Notes: generated by a model not told the origin, from the letters alone. DNA of 64,000 bases from Diplonema japonicum (GCA_964019335.1 OZ025670.1:434001-498000); one strand, 5' to 3'. Shown: positions 9,956 through 22,583, counted from the first letter of the stretch. Numbers and translations: made by a program.

Positions 9956-11056
9956 ATGCTCGATGTCGCGGAATGGGAATACCTAGCACAAGGGGGGCGG
10001 CATGTGGTGTTCAGACACACGGGGGACAGTAAAGAATGGAAAGGCAACGTCGTCAGGTTCCTAAAAGCCTCCGGGGTGTCCAGAGAGGCAGATGAGAAGG
10101 AAGTCGCAGAGACAATCGAATGGCTTAAAAGAGAAATGCTTGCCGATGTCGAAGGGTGCATGGACGTACCAGCTGCTGTCAAGGTAGGCGAAGGTGTCGC
10201 AGAAGCGTTCTCAAAACTGTGTGGAGAAGAGTTGGCCGCAGCTGCGGACACAATGCCGGACTACACGATATGCGACATCCTGTTGGAGGTGAAGCCTAAG
10301 AAAGGTGTGATCTTCACGACAGACTCGTGGTGCGACAGAGGCGTCTTCATCCCATCTGGCGATACCCTTCGAAAGAAATGCTGCAAGCACTGCATGCAAC
10401 AGTCCCTCAAGCTCGGGAAGGGTAAGATCCAAACCGTGTCATCGTTCTGCCCGTGCAATTTGTTTCAGGGCAGCACAGAAGCGTCTCTCCGGCATATGTT
10501 CGAGGTTCCTCAGAACTCTCTTTCCATCAGGATAAACGGCGACCTAGCCGACCCAACATCGATCCCAAAGGATGCCCAGACCAGAATGATAAATGAGGCA
10601 ATGATCGGGCTTCGAACGAGCAATGTTTTGAGCAAGCTTCTTACAATACAACGCCGTATACCATTAGACATTGAAAGCATCCACAGGGCACGGCAGCGGA
10701 AGTCCGTGACTATTCACTACGCCCCGTCTGAACGAATTGCCTGCGACGCTGAAGGACTCCGTTCCGGCTCGGCAGCGCTCCCTTCCGGATATGAAGAGAC
10801 CCGGCCTCTTCCCGATACCGTCAAAACAGTGACCTTGAAAGAGGCGACAGAATCCTACTTCATTTCCAGGTCCGCCCAGGATTGCTCTATCATGATTCAG
10901 CTTTTCAACGACCCTTCTGTAGCACCTATTTGCCGGATTATTGATTTGGACAAGAAGCCTAGTCGGAAATACGATTTCTGGTACGCGCAGGATCGCAACT
11001 TAGTGTCTGCCTTCAGGGACTCTATTCAGTCCAATGAGAAAAAAGAAGCAGTGTGA
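9956..11056 (+). CDS. IPK1: Inositol-pentakisphosphate 2-kinase (IPK1/IPPK family)
   Basis: WEYLAQGGRHVV, LLEVKPK, CKHCMQQ, FCPCNL, SAQDCSIMI, IIDLDKKP motifs. Confidence 0.85.
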   Translation: MLDVAEWEYLAQGGRHVVFRHTGDSKEWKGNVVRFLKASGVSREADEKEVAETIEWLKREMLADVEGCMDVPAAVKVGEGVAEAFSKLCGEELAAAADTMPDYTICDILLEVKPKKGVIFTTDSWCDRGVFIPSGDTLRKKCCKHCMQQSLKLGKGKIQTVSSFCPCNLFQGSTEASLRHMFEVPQNSLSIRINGDLADPTSIPKDAQTRMINEAMIGLRTSNVLSKLLTIQRRIPLDIESIHRARQRKSVTIHYAPSERIACDAEGLRSGSAALPSGYEETRPLPDTVKTVTLKEATESYFISRSAQDCSIMIQLFNDPSVAPICRIIDLDKKPSRKYDFWYAQDRNLVSAFRDSIQSNEKKEAV

Positions 11057-12238
11057 GAAGCACGGGGAAAACAACAAAGAAGGAAATAAAAAAAAAGAAG
11101 AAAATATTTCATCGACGAGACCGGTATACGGGGCATACTCCCCATTCGCAATTTGCGTATCGGGGTTGTTGGATATCAAAATGCTTATGTGCCCCCTTAG
11201 AGAGTGGTAAGCAAACTTGATTTAGATCTAGACAAAGTTGACTACGAATAATTATTTTTTTTTTGTGCATCACAGGGGATGGTCCAGTTGTGAGCGTGGC
11301 CATGCTACTGCGGGCTGTTTTCAACAAAGGACAGGTTTAGGGAGTGGGCCAGCTTTGCAAGTTTCTTTTTACGGATTTTACCTCATGTCGCGATGCCTCG
11401 GTGTGCGAGCCCGTGGTTGTCCCTTAGCCAGAGATACTTGGGGCAGGAAAAACAAAAAAAAAAAAAAAAGAAAAGAAGAAAAAAAAAATGAAATGCCCTT
11501 TGCATCTTCGCACCCTAGCTTTCTTTTCTCCCCCCCCCCCCCCCCCGTTCCTACTTTTTTTTCTTTTTTCTTTTTACATAAATGATCAGGCTGGCCAATG
11601 CATGTGAATTTAAACATTTCTTTTTTGTTAAAATAAGCCCTTTTCAAGGGCCGAAGAAAGAGAGGAAAAAGAAGAAAAAAAAGATCATCAATACCCCATG
11701 TCCCCTCCCCGTCCCCAATACGTTGCTGTTCTGTTATGGAAAGAAGAGAACGAGAAGGAAAAAAGAGAGGGGAAACAAAAAGAGAATGAGGAAAGGTTCA
11801 GTGAGCGAGTTTCTCCCCCCACCCACCCCTTTGCTAGTCTTAAAAAGAAAGAAGAAGAAAAGCAGAGAATTTTTTATGTTGAAAGAATAAGCAGGAGGTA
11901 TGTCCTGCCAATAGGCCGTCTCTTTCTTTTTTTTATTTGTTTTGTGTCTTCATGTGTGGAGGTCCGCCCTGTGCAGGGCCAGCACCGGCCTCTCTAGACG
12001 GCGCTCCACCTGAAGCAGGCATCTGAGTAACATTGACAACTTTAAGCTCCCATGTTGTGCTCCCCCTCCCTGAGAATACCCTGCTTGTGTCACTTTACCC
12101 GTCTTTTCCTTCTGTTTCCCAACCTCCCTCTTTAGAGGGTAGGACTGCCTTTTTTTCTTCTTCTTTTTATCTTTATTTTTCTACGTGCATAGCTTGAAGC
12201 CAGGAGAATTTTCTTCGTTTTTTTTTTTTTTTTAAGTA

Positions 12239-12285
12239 CAGCGCAGCCGGTGAGCGCAAAAACGCATACCTTAAAAGAATAGTTT
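12239..12285 (+). repeat. 47-bp dispersed repeat (matches 51973-52019); probable solo 3' terminus of a retroelement
   Basis: cagcgc(a/g)gccggtgagcgcaaaaacgcataccttaaaagaatagttt, 1 mismatch, followed by a T-run in both copies. Confidence 0.85.
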
Positions 12286-12440
12286 TTTTTTTTTCTTTTC
12301 TTTTGTTAATGCAAATTAGTCTTAATGGTTTTCAGACCTTCCTTTTCTCGCTTTTTTTTCTCTCTCTATTCTCTGAAGAAAAATATACGGTACCAAAGAG
12401 GGGGGAGAAAAAAAAAAAGAAGAAGAAAAAAAAAGATGGA

Positions 12441-15400
12441 ATGGGGCAGAAAACGAGCAAGGTGTCGGGATCGCCTCTAGAGCTTTATCAAAAATGCCAT
12501 GTACTGCACACGTCAGGCAATGTAGATGAAATGGTGTTGACGCTGATGGAGACAGCGCGTAAGATGGAGACAGGGGGTTTTTTGCTGTGGCAGATGGTGG
12601 GGAGGATTGAGAATGAGAACCAGAAGACGATGCCGGACGAGGACGACGAAAAGGCATCAGAAGATGGCAGCACTGACGATCGGTACAACACCCTGTCACG
12701 CCTTGGCTCGGAGCTCTCCACCGCCGTAGGCACCCCAACGAACAACGATAAGCACTCGTTGAAAAATCTTAGCTCACAAAACAAACGTAATTCCGATGTA
12801 CAAGAACAGCTTGCGGACTTCCCAGGTTTCTCTGTCCCCATTGCCCTCCACTCACTTTGCGATATGCTTTCGTCTTGCTCACACATATCCTGCAAATCTG
12901 CCTACCTTGCTATCTGCAAGGCTGTCTGGGATGCCTCAGGGCAAACCAGGCACCAACGGCTCAACAACCTAAAATCCATGTCCGATATTGCCGTGAAGCT
13001 CGTCATCTCTGCCCTGCGACTCCGCCTCACAATGGAGGAACTGGGTGCCGTTGGTGATGCCATTCGTATCTATTCTAACATCCGCACCTTCCGGAAGACT
13101 TTCGTCTCCAGTGCAGGCCACGCTGCTCTCACTTCCCACTTTTCGCACCATACAAAAAAGACGTTCTTCGACACTGTCAAGCTGCGGTACACCGTCGACC
13201 CTGTCGGCATCGTCCCTGCCCTAGGAGGCCTCCGCCTCATACTTCAACAGGAGTACAACGTCGACAACAAGAGTGCCATACAAAAGGTGAGCGAAGACTG
13301 TGGCCTGTCCCAGGTCCTGTGCAACATCATCACGCACTCCTTAGTCGACTGCACTGTGTTAGTCGAAGCATGTGCTACGGCGAGTCTTCTGATGAAGAGT
13401 CTTGGTGCCGAGGCATCGTTGGTGCCCATCGCCCCCGCCGCCCTCCAGCTGCTAGGCGGGATGCAGGACTGGGACCTCAACGAAGCTGCTGTGAAATTTG
13501 TTTTAGAAAATCTTTGCTTCCTGCTCTACACGCAGGCTGGTCTGTGCTCCCTGGATCCCCTTGCCGTCGTGCGGACATGCAGGCGTGTCATCATCAAGCA
13601 CGGTCTGCTCAGCACCATCCTCTTCCACACCGTGCTCATCCTTGACAAGGTAATGACGATCTACTACGCGGAGGACCGCTCCAGCCAAGTGCATGACAGC
13701 GACATCATCCTCTGCTACGACACTTTGGGGAGTGCTCTTTCTCGTCTTGTCGCGTCAGTGGACCAAGGGACAGATGCCCTCGCTGACATCATGGCAAAGG
13801 TTTGCTCGCTGATTGCGATGTTCACAAAGCACCCCCGTCACAAGGCACTCATGCTGTCACACGCATGTTGCCATTTAGTAGGGAAACACGTGATCCGCAA
13901 ACCTGACCTGCCGGAGTTCATCCTCATTCCGTGTGTGGAAATTGTGGGGTCTGTTGTTGGCTCCGAGGCCTCGGCGCTGGCACTACAAAAGACACCCGAC
14001 CAGGTGGTCGTCTACAAGGTGCAGGACTCTCCTGTGCTGCTGTGCAGGTTGCTCGCCGAAGCAAAACATAACGTCCTCCCTGCAGTCAGAACTGCCAAGG
14101 CTGTGTTCGGCACGCTGCTTCGCTTGGTACAAGTAGAGGCCAACGCACAACAGGTGTTCTCATGCATGTCGGTAGCAGAGTTGTGGATGTGGCGTAACCT
14201 GAGGGAACACCTTCTGAAAGAAGCAGAGCGGGAGGTGAATAAAGAGTTTATAAGAAAGGGAGTGTTGAAAACAGTACCCGGGATGTTGGCGAAGGAAGCG
14301 GTGCTGCTAGTGAGGCAGCGGACAGCAAAGCTGAACGATCAGTGGAGAAAGCGTGCTGAGGTAGTGACTATGAAATGGGGCGATATGATGGCGGACCCCC
14401 CGCCAGGCGTCACGTGGGAAGCAGACGTCCTCAACATAAAAACACCTGTGGCAGAGGCCATCGAGTCTACGAGCTACCTGGCGGGGATGCTAAATGACGC
14501 ATTGAACAAGAACGAAAACATTCACGACTACAACGTGCGATACGAGAACTACGCGTGCAAGCTGCAGAAGTGGTATCGCAAGAAGCTCGCTGTATCAAGC
14601 ATCAGCAGGGCGAGCGCCAAGAAGACCAAACAGTTTAAAGCTGCTGTCGCGATACAGAAACGATGGCGCGGTGCCACCGCAAGAAGACGCCACACCACAC
14701 GCCTCCAATGGGAAGCAACACGAAGAGAAGCTGCACAGACAATTCAGTCAAAGTGGCGGGATTATCTGAAGTGGCGGTCTGTGGAGGGGTCTCTCGTCAT
14801 GGAGTATATCTGCGGCAAGTTAGACATCCCCGTGATTCCTATGGAAGAGCAAGACAAGCCCCCTCCAGGCACTGTGGTCTACAGCCACGTCGTGGACCTC
14901 ACAGGGGACAACTACGCAGATATCGTTTTAAATGAGGTGCGTCCGTCGTCTGTGCTCGTTTTCTTCTACTCCCCGTGGTGCGCACACTGCTCCGGTGTGC
15001 ACAAAACCTACCGTGCCCTCGCCCGCACTTTCAATGAGAACCCTGATGTGATCATCGCAGCTGTGAACGGTGAGGACAACAAGGACCTCGTCACACGGAT
15101 GAAGATACCTTAGTATGTACCCCACCTCAAAAGCACCAGCAATCACACAGCTACCCTTACCTCATCTGGGTTGACGCCGAGAACAAAGAGCATCCTTATA
15201 CTGCGTATGTTGTTGTTTCCTCGTAACACTCACAAAGGGCATGGCCGAAGAAGCCGATGACTATCTCGCAGCTTATTGAGAACTTTATGGCGCTTGAGAT
15301 TCAACGGATGTGGAAGGGACGCAAGGTGAAGAGAACTTACATGAACATGATAGAGAACATAAGGAAGGAAATATCAAACACAAAGAAGCGGAACATGCGG

Positions 15401-17141
15401 ACAGTGTGTGAGGTAGAGAACGCGACCGGGCTGAAAGAACTGCTGAACGACAAAGTGTCGCCTGATTCCGTCACAGACACGGGTGAGCTGCCGCTGAACA
15501 TTACTCTGCGTAAAGGGAACAAAGAGCTGTTCTCGATACTACTGAGGTACAAGGCTGACATCAATGCTGTCGATGAGAGAGGACACTCTCCCGCGTTTTA
15601 TGCTGTTGCTTTAGGGCAGTGCGACATTCTCCAAATGCTGGCCAAACACGGCGCTAACCTCACGAAGCGCGACACCCTGAGCAGGACCCTGCTTCACGTC
15701 GCCTGCGAAGCGGGTCACGAGACGATGGCGTCTCTCCTTTTGCATATGGGGCTCGAGCGCCATGTGCACAGCACTGACGTGAACAACTACACAGCACTGG
15801 ACTACGCGATGGTGAGCGGTCTGGAGGCCATCGCCATGAAGCTCCTGTTGAAGGGCGTGACGATGCAAAAAGACATCGAAATGCGGCTCATATACCACTC
15901 GCAGATCCGTTCCATGGACAGCATCTCGAAGCTGATCATCCAACAAGGTCTGACGGACTTAGAGAAGGACGACGGGACTGCGGAGAAGTGGACGCCTCTG
16001 CATTACGCGGCGTGCACCGGGAAAGTGGAGGTGGTGCGAGAGCTGATCGACTCCGATATATCGATGGAACCACTGACCGCGAAGAGGCAGACACCTCTGC
16101 ACTTGGCAGCAAAGAAAGGAAACTTGGAAGTTGCAGAGATGCTCTTCGAAGCGATGGAAATACCAGCGTCGATGCTGTTGGAGCTGCACGAACCCGAAAT
16201 GGGGAGCGATGACGAGAACACAAGCGTCGAGTACAGCGAGTTGGGACCTTACATCGACTGCGGGGGGAACACTGTCCTTCACTATGCGTGCAACCAGACA
16301 GCAATGACACCTTTCGCCGAGAAACTTCTGAATTTGGTCACCGACGATCAGATCCCGTTGAAGAATCTCTCTGGCAACACACCATTACACTTTGCTGCTT
16401 CAAAGGGTATCTACTTCGCTGCTTTCAAGCTGGCTAGCAGGCTTGTCCTTACCGGAGACACTGATCTGGTCAACAACTGTGGCAACACCGCCCTGCACCT
16501 GGCAGTCATGCATGGGCACAGAGAGGTCACTACCCTCCTGTTGGACACAGGTTGTGACATGGAAATCACCGACTTTGATGGTAACTCACTGCTACATTTT
16601 GCTTGCGTGTCGAAGAAGATGAACACAGGCGAGATCTGTCAACTCGTATGTACACCACACCACACAATTCTATCCTTTATTCAGGTTAAGTTGTTGCTGG
16701 CTTACAACCACCCTGTAAACGTCAGGAATGCAGAACATCAGACGCCGTTACATCTGGCGGCTGCCGAAGGGCATTTCCCAGCTGTACAAGTATGGGTTTT
16801 TGTTTTGAGAGAAAAGAAATATCCAGGAACTGGTGCTGCAGGAGGACACGGAGAATGATACCAGGAAGAACTTCATCAACCAGCAAGACAGAGAGGGGAA
16901 CACAGCACTGCACTATGCGTGCCAGAGGAGCAAGATGGAGACGGCTCCAACCAGCCCCAACTACCCTTACAACAACCAGATGATTGTCTTTTTGATTGTA
17001 GAGGGCGGGCTTGCCGACGTTGAGAACAGACAGCTTGTGACACCCAAGGAGCTTGTTGTCAACGAGAATGTTATCAATCGCGCGAACACCATGCGAGCAG
17101 AGCGGCTGGAGGAAGAGGCTATCCTCAAGCTGCTCGATTAG
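12441..17141 (+). CDS. Large multidomain protein: N-myristoylation motif, helical/ARM-like region, IQ motifs, thioredoxin (WCAHC), IQ, ankyrin repeats; introns 15113-15150, 15205-15237, 16646-16684, 16790-16826
   Basis: MGQKTSK start; IQKRWRG/IQSKWR/IQRMWKG; FYSPWCAHC; many TPLH/TALH repeats; GTATG..AG introns join three track ORFs in frame. Confidence 0.8.
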
Positions 17142-17247
17142 TTCACTAGTTCGGAAGTATCTGGCGGCTGTGATTTCCATCACCAAGCAGTCAGGATCAG
17201 TTCTTTCTTTTATGGCCGTTTCATATCACTGTCACCCACACCACAGC

Positions 17248-18840
17248 ATGGATGAGGAATCTGCAGTGCTCACAGCATCTGGCGATGTTCTCCCCCCGCT
17301 GTCATGTAGCCTGGCACCCAGACCGCCGGGCATTGACCCCATGCACTCCGTTGACTTGCCGCATAAAAGGAGGCTGGTTAAGCTGCTCGAAGAGCTTCGA
17401 AAGTTACAATTGAACAGTCACGGAGTGGTGCCCATAGTGAGTCGTGTCTGTTGCGAAGATGACATACATATCCCGTCTACACCGCATTATGCAAAAGACA
17501 CGTTCATGTCACGTAAGGATCCAATTGCAATCAGGACACATTACAAGTACACACAAGAGAGGATCAAGTACCTCAGGTCTCTTTCCCCTGGGAAGCTCCA
17601 CGATTGGCGGTGCTCGATCTTCAGTGAAATCATATCCAGGGTGATGCGGAACAAGGTGAACCCCGAAGAACACTTCCCTAACCCCCTTCCCAACGCTCAG
17701 ATATGGCATGTTAACTACGAACGTGCCAAGCGGAACAGGCGCGCGCTCCTCCTTGAAAAGCACAGCAAGTTCCGTTCAGGGTATGACGCGATGCGGTCAC
17801 GGCACCAGCACGCCACACTCAAACGGCTCAAATTGCTGTCCGACGAAGAGCTCCGCCACGTCGCCTTCTCGCTCCTCATCGTCTTGCACAGATCGATCCT
17901 TATCTTCCCAGCACTGCACAAGCTGGGCATCATCTGGCACAGCCATCACGATTCTTTCAAACTGGCTGAAAAATACGGCAGGAAATGGCTGGAGATAACA
18001 CGAGCTAAAATACTCCACAAAAGGCAGCGACACGCGATCCATATCCTCGGGAGGTGCTTCAGGAAGTTTGTGACGAAGCTGCGTGTTCTACGGAGAAACA
18101 ATGCGGTAGACTTGGCCATTAAAGGCATGAGGGATTACGTGACGGCGACAAGGTTCCAGCGGACGATTCATAAGTTCCGTACGAAAGCGATTCAGATTCA
18201 GCAGTGGTGGAGCTCGATGCTGCTGTGCAGAAGCTCCAGACTGGAGCTGGTGGTAAAGCAATGGATGACATATAGCACATGTGTGAACATTGTGGGGGAG
18301 CGAACGTTGAAGAAACGCAAACGAATGGTGAAGCAGTCTCCCATGTGGGAGCAAGTGATCAGTTCCAAGGTAATGTACCTGGAGAGCACAAGGTATCTAC
18401 GGCGTGGGAAAGTTCCCAACTCAGAACTAAAGATGCTGCTTTCGCTCTGTGCGGAGTGGGTGTGCTCCGCCCTCAGGCAGAATGCCGTCGCGAAGATCAA
18501 GTACGTGAGGCAGATCCGCAGCTACATCAGTGAGAGGAAGCACCGCATGATGTTGGCAAACTTCTGTTCGGACGGGACTGCCGTGCACTTAGCAGATGTC
18601 TTCAACACCTCCTCCGACACAATGCTCATAAGCGACTTCGAGCGCAGCGTGGATATTGGCAACGAGGAGAATATTGCTATGCAGCTGGAGATCAGTCTCC
18701 CTATGAAGTATGCACACCACACATACAACACGAACAGGCCTGCCTATCGGTATTTCATGAGGCCTCTTGAGCTGCAAGAGCTGACATCTAGGCTAGGCCG
18801 CGTGAATTGGCCTCTAGAGCGACGGTTGCAGCGCCGCTGA
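17248..18840 (+). CDS. Basic hypothetical protein with IQ-like motifs; start uncertain
   Basis: Long ORF; IQIQQWW and ILGRCFRK IQ-like segments; ATG after a CAG acceptor. Confidence 0.55.
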   Translation: MDEESAVLTASGDVLPPLSCSLAPRPPGIDPMHSVDLPHKRRLVKLLEELRKLQLNSHGVVPIVSRVCCEDDIHIPSTPHYAKDTFMSRKDPIAIRTHYKYTQERIKYLRSLSPGKLHDWRCSIFSEIISRVMRNKVNPEEHFPNPLPNAQIWHVNYERAKRNRRALLLEKHSKFRSGYDAMRSRHQHATLKRLKLLSDEELRHVAFSLLIVLHRSILIFPALHKLGIIWHSHHDSFKLAEKYGRKWLEITRAKILHKRQRHAIHILGRCFRKFVTKLRVLRRNNAVDLAIKGMRDYVTATRFQRTIHKFRTKAIQIQQWWSSMLLCRSSRLELVVKQWMTYSTCVNIVGERTLKKRKRMVKQSPMWEQVISSKVMYLESTRYLRRGKVPNSELKMLLSLCAEWVCSALRQNAVAKIKYVRQIRSYISERKHRMMLANFCSDGTAVHLADVFNTSSDTMLISDFERSVDIGNEENIAMQLEISLPMKYAHHTYNTNRPAYRYFMRPLELQELTSRLGRVNWPLERRLQRR

Positions 18841-18950
18841 GCTGTTTTTTCAAACAGCCCTTGCGAAGTCCTTAGCCGCCTTGATTGGTACGGCTTAGTA
18901 GTTGACCTTAACTCGTTTCCCCCAAGTTTTACCCATCAAACATACAGGCC

Positions 18951-20084
18951 ATGTCTCGATGGAGGCAGTATAGTGCTGCTGACGCGTGCCGTGAAAGTCT
19001 GGATGCTTCTGAGAAGAGGTACAGGGGGTCTGTGAGGGGCGAGGAGGTGAAGAACATCGCACATGAGCGGCCCAGGTACATGGAGGAGAGGAGAAAATGG
19101 AACCCCGCGGCAACGCAAAAGAAAGGCGTAACACAGCTTAGGGAAGCGGAACAGATACGAGAAGTAGTGCAGCTAAAGAAGGAACTACATGCAGTTGAGG
19201 AATCCCACAGGTACGAGCTTGCCAAGCAGCTTGAAGAACGCAAAGAGTGGGAACTGTCCCTTCACGAAGACATGCAGGAGGAGCGCGATGGCCTCCGCAA
19301 GGAACTGCATGCGATCAAGAGTGAGAGGCACGGCTTGCAGCAGGTTAACAACATATTGGAGATTGATCTTCAGGATGCACGAAGGGAAGCGGAGGAGGCC
19401 AAGGCTGACCTGTTTTTGATGAAGGAGAGGGACAGGGACAGGGACAGGGACAGCTTGCGGAGAATGCCAGTAACACACAGCTCGTCTCTTGGTGATGGAG
19501 TAGATGCTAGCGCAGTACGCGAGCTAAAGGCCCAGTTCAACGCAGTGAAGGGGAAACTTGCTGTGTACGAGTATGCCGAGGCGAGAGCAGTGAACGAGGA
19601 GGTGCAGCACCTACACAACGAACTGAAAGAGGTCCGAGAGGACAGGGACAAACTACGGGCAGAGATCGTGACTCTGCGGGGGCTGTTCTCGACAGTAGAG
19701 ATGCTCAAGGGCGACAAGGTGAGGTGCTTGGAGGAAGAAGTGACTTCGCTGTCTATGAAGTGCGAAAACACTAAGAAGAGAGAGGCCCGCATCCTATCCC
19801 TTGAGAGCAAGGTTTCCACACTCCATGAGCTCATCCGCGACTTAAAGGACACCCGTGAGATCTACATGTCTGAGGCTGCCGTCAACGAGTCCAACACCGT
19901 CATCGAGCTGACCCTCGAGCTCTCCAAGACTAGGCAGGACAAAACCGCCGCCATGAAGCTTGTGGAGGACCTCCATCACCAGCTGACCAGCCGGGGCAGG
20001 TCCTCACAGGTCTTCGACGACGCTCTCCGTGAGCTGAGCGAGAGGGCCAATGAAACCGCTTTACTAAGATATGGTTTCGATTAA
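18951..20084 (+). CDS. Coiled-coil protein
   Basis: E/K/R/L-rich heptad pattern throughout. Confidence 0.7.
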   Translation: MSRWRQYSAADACRESLDASEKRYRGSVRGEEVKNIAHERPRYMEERRKWNPAATQKKGVTQLREAEQIREVVQLKKELHAVEESHRYELAKQLEERKEWELSLHEDMQEERDGLRKELHAIKSERHGLQQVNNILEIDLQDARREAEEAKADLFLMKERDRDRDRDSLRRMPVTHSSSLGDGVDASAVRELKAQFNAVKGKLAVYEYAEARAVNEEVQHLHNELKEVREDRDKLRAEIVTLRGLFSTVEMLKGDKVRCLEEEVTSLSMKCENTKKREARILSLESKVSTLHELIRDLKDTREIYMSEAAVNESNTVIELTLELSKTRQDKTAAMKLVEDLHHQLTSRGRSSQVFDDALRELSERANETALLRYGFD

Positions 20085-20189
20085 AAGAAAAAAAAAAGAA
20101 ACAAAAAAAAAAAAAAAAAAAATTACACTGTCAACTTTTTTTCCCCCCCTTTTCCTGTGTGGTTCATGTTGTCACGCCAACAGCAACTG

Positions 20190-21173
20190 ATGTTGACAAG
20201 GATCGAGTTTGTGCGGAACGGGGAAGTGGTGGAGACGCGGAGGACGCGCCTGGTGAACCCGTCGTTTGAGGCGGTGGCGGCAGTGGGGGCTGGATGGTCG
20301 AGGGGGAAGAGCACGACGCTGCAGTACGTGGACGACGAGGGGGACCTTGTGACGATGGACACTGAGGGGGAGTGGTGCGAGTGCATGCAATCATGCCAAG
20401 GCCACCCGAGCTCCCTCAAGCTCCGCATCGTGCAAGGCGAAGAACCCCGCAACACTGCAGAGGCAGACACCATAATCGTGCAGCGCGTAGTCCAAAAATT
20501 AGGTGGCTGGGCAGCTCTTCCCCTGCTCAAATCAGGACCACCACCATGGCTCACAATAAAAGCTATCGAACGGTCTGCTGATGTGGCCATAGACGTCGAC
20601 ATGAAAACACTGCTCAAGGAGATAAAACGGCAGGGCATGCTGTGCATGAAACCCCCCTATGACGCAGCAGGGTTGGAATGGTTCCAGCTGGCGAAGGATC
20701 TCGACACAAACAAAGCGGAGGGGTGGTACAATGTAGCGGTCGCTCTGTTGAGAATCGAACTGCCGTTGGTGCAGAAGGACGAAAAACCACGGGTGATAGA
20801 CACCGCACTTGACGCACTGCAGCGAGCACTCCAATGTAAGCTAAATAAGTGGAGCTGGGCCATGAAAGATGAAGATTTGAAACAGGTGTGGTTTCATCCA
20901 AGGTTCCGGGGAATGCTCGGAAGAGAACTAGCGAGGGTTTTTTTGGAAGAACACGCAGATTCGAAGTGCATGGTGTGTGGTGTGGGGCTTACACAGTGTA
21001 CATGCTGCGTCCGCGACTCTAATCTGACGTCTTTTTTACGAGTTCAGTACTCGGAGCAGATTGTACAGCTTTGCGAGATGGGCTTCAGAGTTAATGATGC
21101 CATGCTAGCACTGCTCCATCGCTACAGCGGGGTTATTACCGACTTTATGAATGCTTATGTTGTCGCTCCATAG
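20190..21173 (+). CDS. PB1-domain protein with TPR-like region and C-terminal UBA-like domain
   Basis: LQYVDDEGDLVTMDTEGEW (PB1 OPCA motif); WYNVAVAL...A..D.DL; QLCEMGF (UBA). Confidence 0.75.
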   Translation: MLTRIEFVRNGEVVETRRTRLVNPSFEAVAAVGAGWSRGKSTTLQYVDDEGDLVTMDTEGEWCECMQSCQGHPSSLKLRIVQGEEPRNTAEADTIIVQRVVQKLGGWAALPLLKSGPPPWLTIKAIERSADVAIDVDMKTLLKEIKRQGMLCMKPPYDAAGLEWFQLAKDLDTNKAEGWYNVAVALLRIELPLVQKDEKPRVIDTALDALQRALQCKLNKWSWAMKDEDLKQVWFHPRFRGMLGRELARVFLEEHADSKCMVCGVGLTQCTCCVRDSNLTSFLRVQYSEQIVQLCEMGFRVNDAMLALLHRYSGVITDFMNAYVVAP

Positions 21174-21189
21174 ATTTTGCAGAATTCTT

Positions 21190-22035
21190 TTTTTTACGAC
21201 ATGCTCAAGCACTCGCTGTGGGACTGCGAGTTGGCAAGGGAAATACAAAACAAGGAAGCTAACAGAGCAGTGGTGGAGGAACGGACGGCCATGCCGAGGT
21301 ACATGCAGCTGCACGGAGTGCTGCCGCGAGGACACGACAAAGAGCATCTCAAGAACCTGCAGCTCTACCTCCTGGAGGTGGTAACAGAACGAGACCGCCG
21401 CCTGCAAGAAAAGAGGGCACTGGAGAGGTACACGACTCACCCGTGGGAAGTGATCACAGAAGGAAAAAGACACCCGACACCGACATGGAGAGAACTACGA
21501 CAACATGTAGGGGGGGGGCTCATGAAACAGTACGGACAGGAGATCGTCAAATCGTCAAAGGGCAGCTCAAGTGGTACCGGGGCCCGAGGAGAACAACGGT
21601 CACGACAATAGAGCTTGCGCTAGACTTCGAGAACAGCACAATGAAGTCGCTGGTGGGTGAACGTGGAGACCTGACACTAATAGGTAAAAAGGCGAGACGG
21701 CTGCATGGCCTGCTGGTGAGGCTGCAGGAAGGCTGGCAGGACGCGCGGATAAGGAGGAAGGTCAGGGGACACAGAGCCATACCGGCGGAGCAACGGCGGA
21801 ACCACGGCCTGAGGACCATAGGGGGGAGAAAGGTCTTGGGCTGGGACAGAAGACCGCTGCACGTCTCGGAACAGACGAAGAAGGACCTCCAGAAACTGAG
21901 ACAGCAGTGGCAGAAGGAGCGGGTGAGCGCCATGAGGGAGCGGGCTCAGCCCAAAAAGGAAAGACCGAAGCCGCTGAAGGGAGATAGGGGCAGGTAGAAG
22001 AACAAGACAGGAAGTCCCAGATCAGGGATTTCCTT
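21190..22035 (+). mobile_element. Decayed 5'-truncated non-LTR retrotransposon 3' end (copy A), frameshifted
   Basis: Homologous to 51159-52019 (HSLWDC/HALWRC, LHGVLPRG/LHGVVPRG, YLLEVVT, HPTPT, TT.EL.LDFE, KARRL); frameshift from an atcgtcaa duplication near 21543-21558. Confidence 0.65.
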
Positions 22036-22551
22036 TTACCTCTTTAATTTTTTTTTTTTTTTTTTTGTTATTGTATTGTGATGACGGCTCCTTTTTTTTT
22101 CTCTTAAATCTTCTTTCGGAGAAAGAAAAAAAAAAAGTTTAAAGCCGGAAAAAAGAAGGAAAATAGCCCCAAAAGAAAGAAAATAGCCCCCTTGAAAGGG
22201 AAAGGTAGAGACAAAGGGAGATTTCCAACTCGGGATTCTCTCTCTTTTTCTTCTTCTTTTTTTTTTTTCCAATTAATTCAGGAGCAATTTTGATTGCTTT
22301 ATCCCCCCCTTTTTTTCTCTTTTTTTTAAGGAGTCATGCCAAAAAGAAAAGGATTTCTGCTACATACTGCAGGTTCTCCTCTTGAATGCCTCTCTTTTGT
22401 TTTATTTTTTATTTTCTGCCTCTCGCATTCAACAATTTTCTTTTCCAGGAACTTTTTTTTCTCTCTCTTCCTTTTCTTCTTTTTTTTTGTTGCAATGATG
22501 ATGATCACCGTACAGAAACGTTTGTAATTGTAGTGCTTATCAAGGATGAGG

Positions 22552-22583
<32 letters not shown>

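Noticed and set aside
11950-12040. GC-rich intergenic stretch with a small hairpin (gccctg-tg-cagggc), possible ncRNA
   Set aside because: No recognisable tRNA, snoRNA or SL-RNA features; insufficient evidence
15111-15113. Apparent in-frame TAG, raising stop readthrough or an alternative genetic code
   Set aside because: The G of TAG is the first base of intron 15113-15150; no recoding is needed
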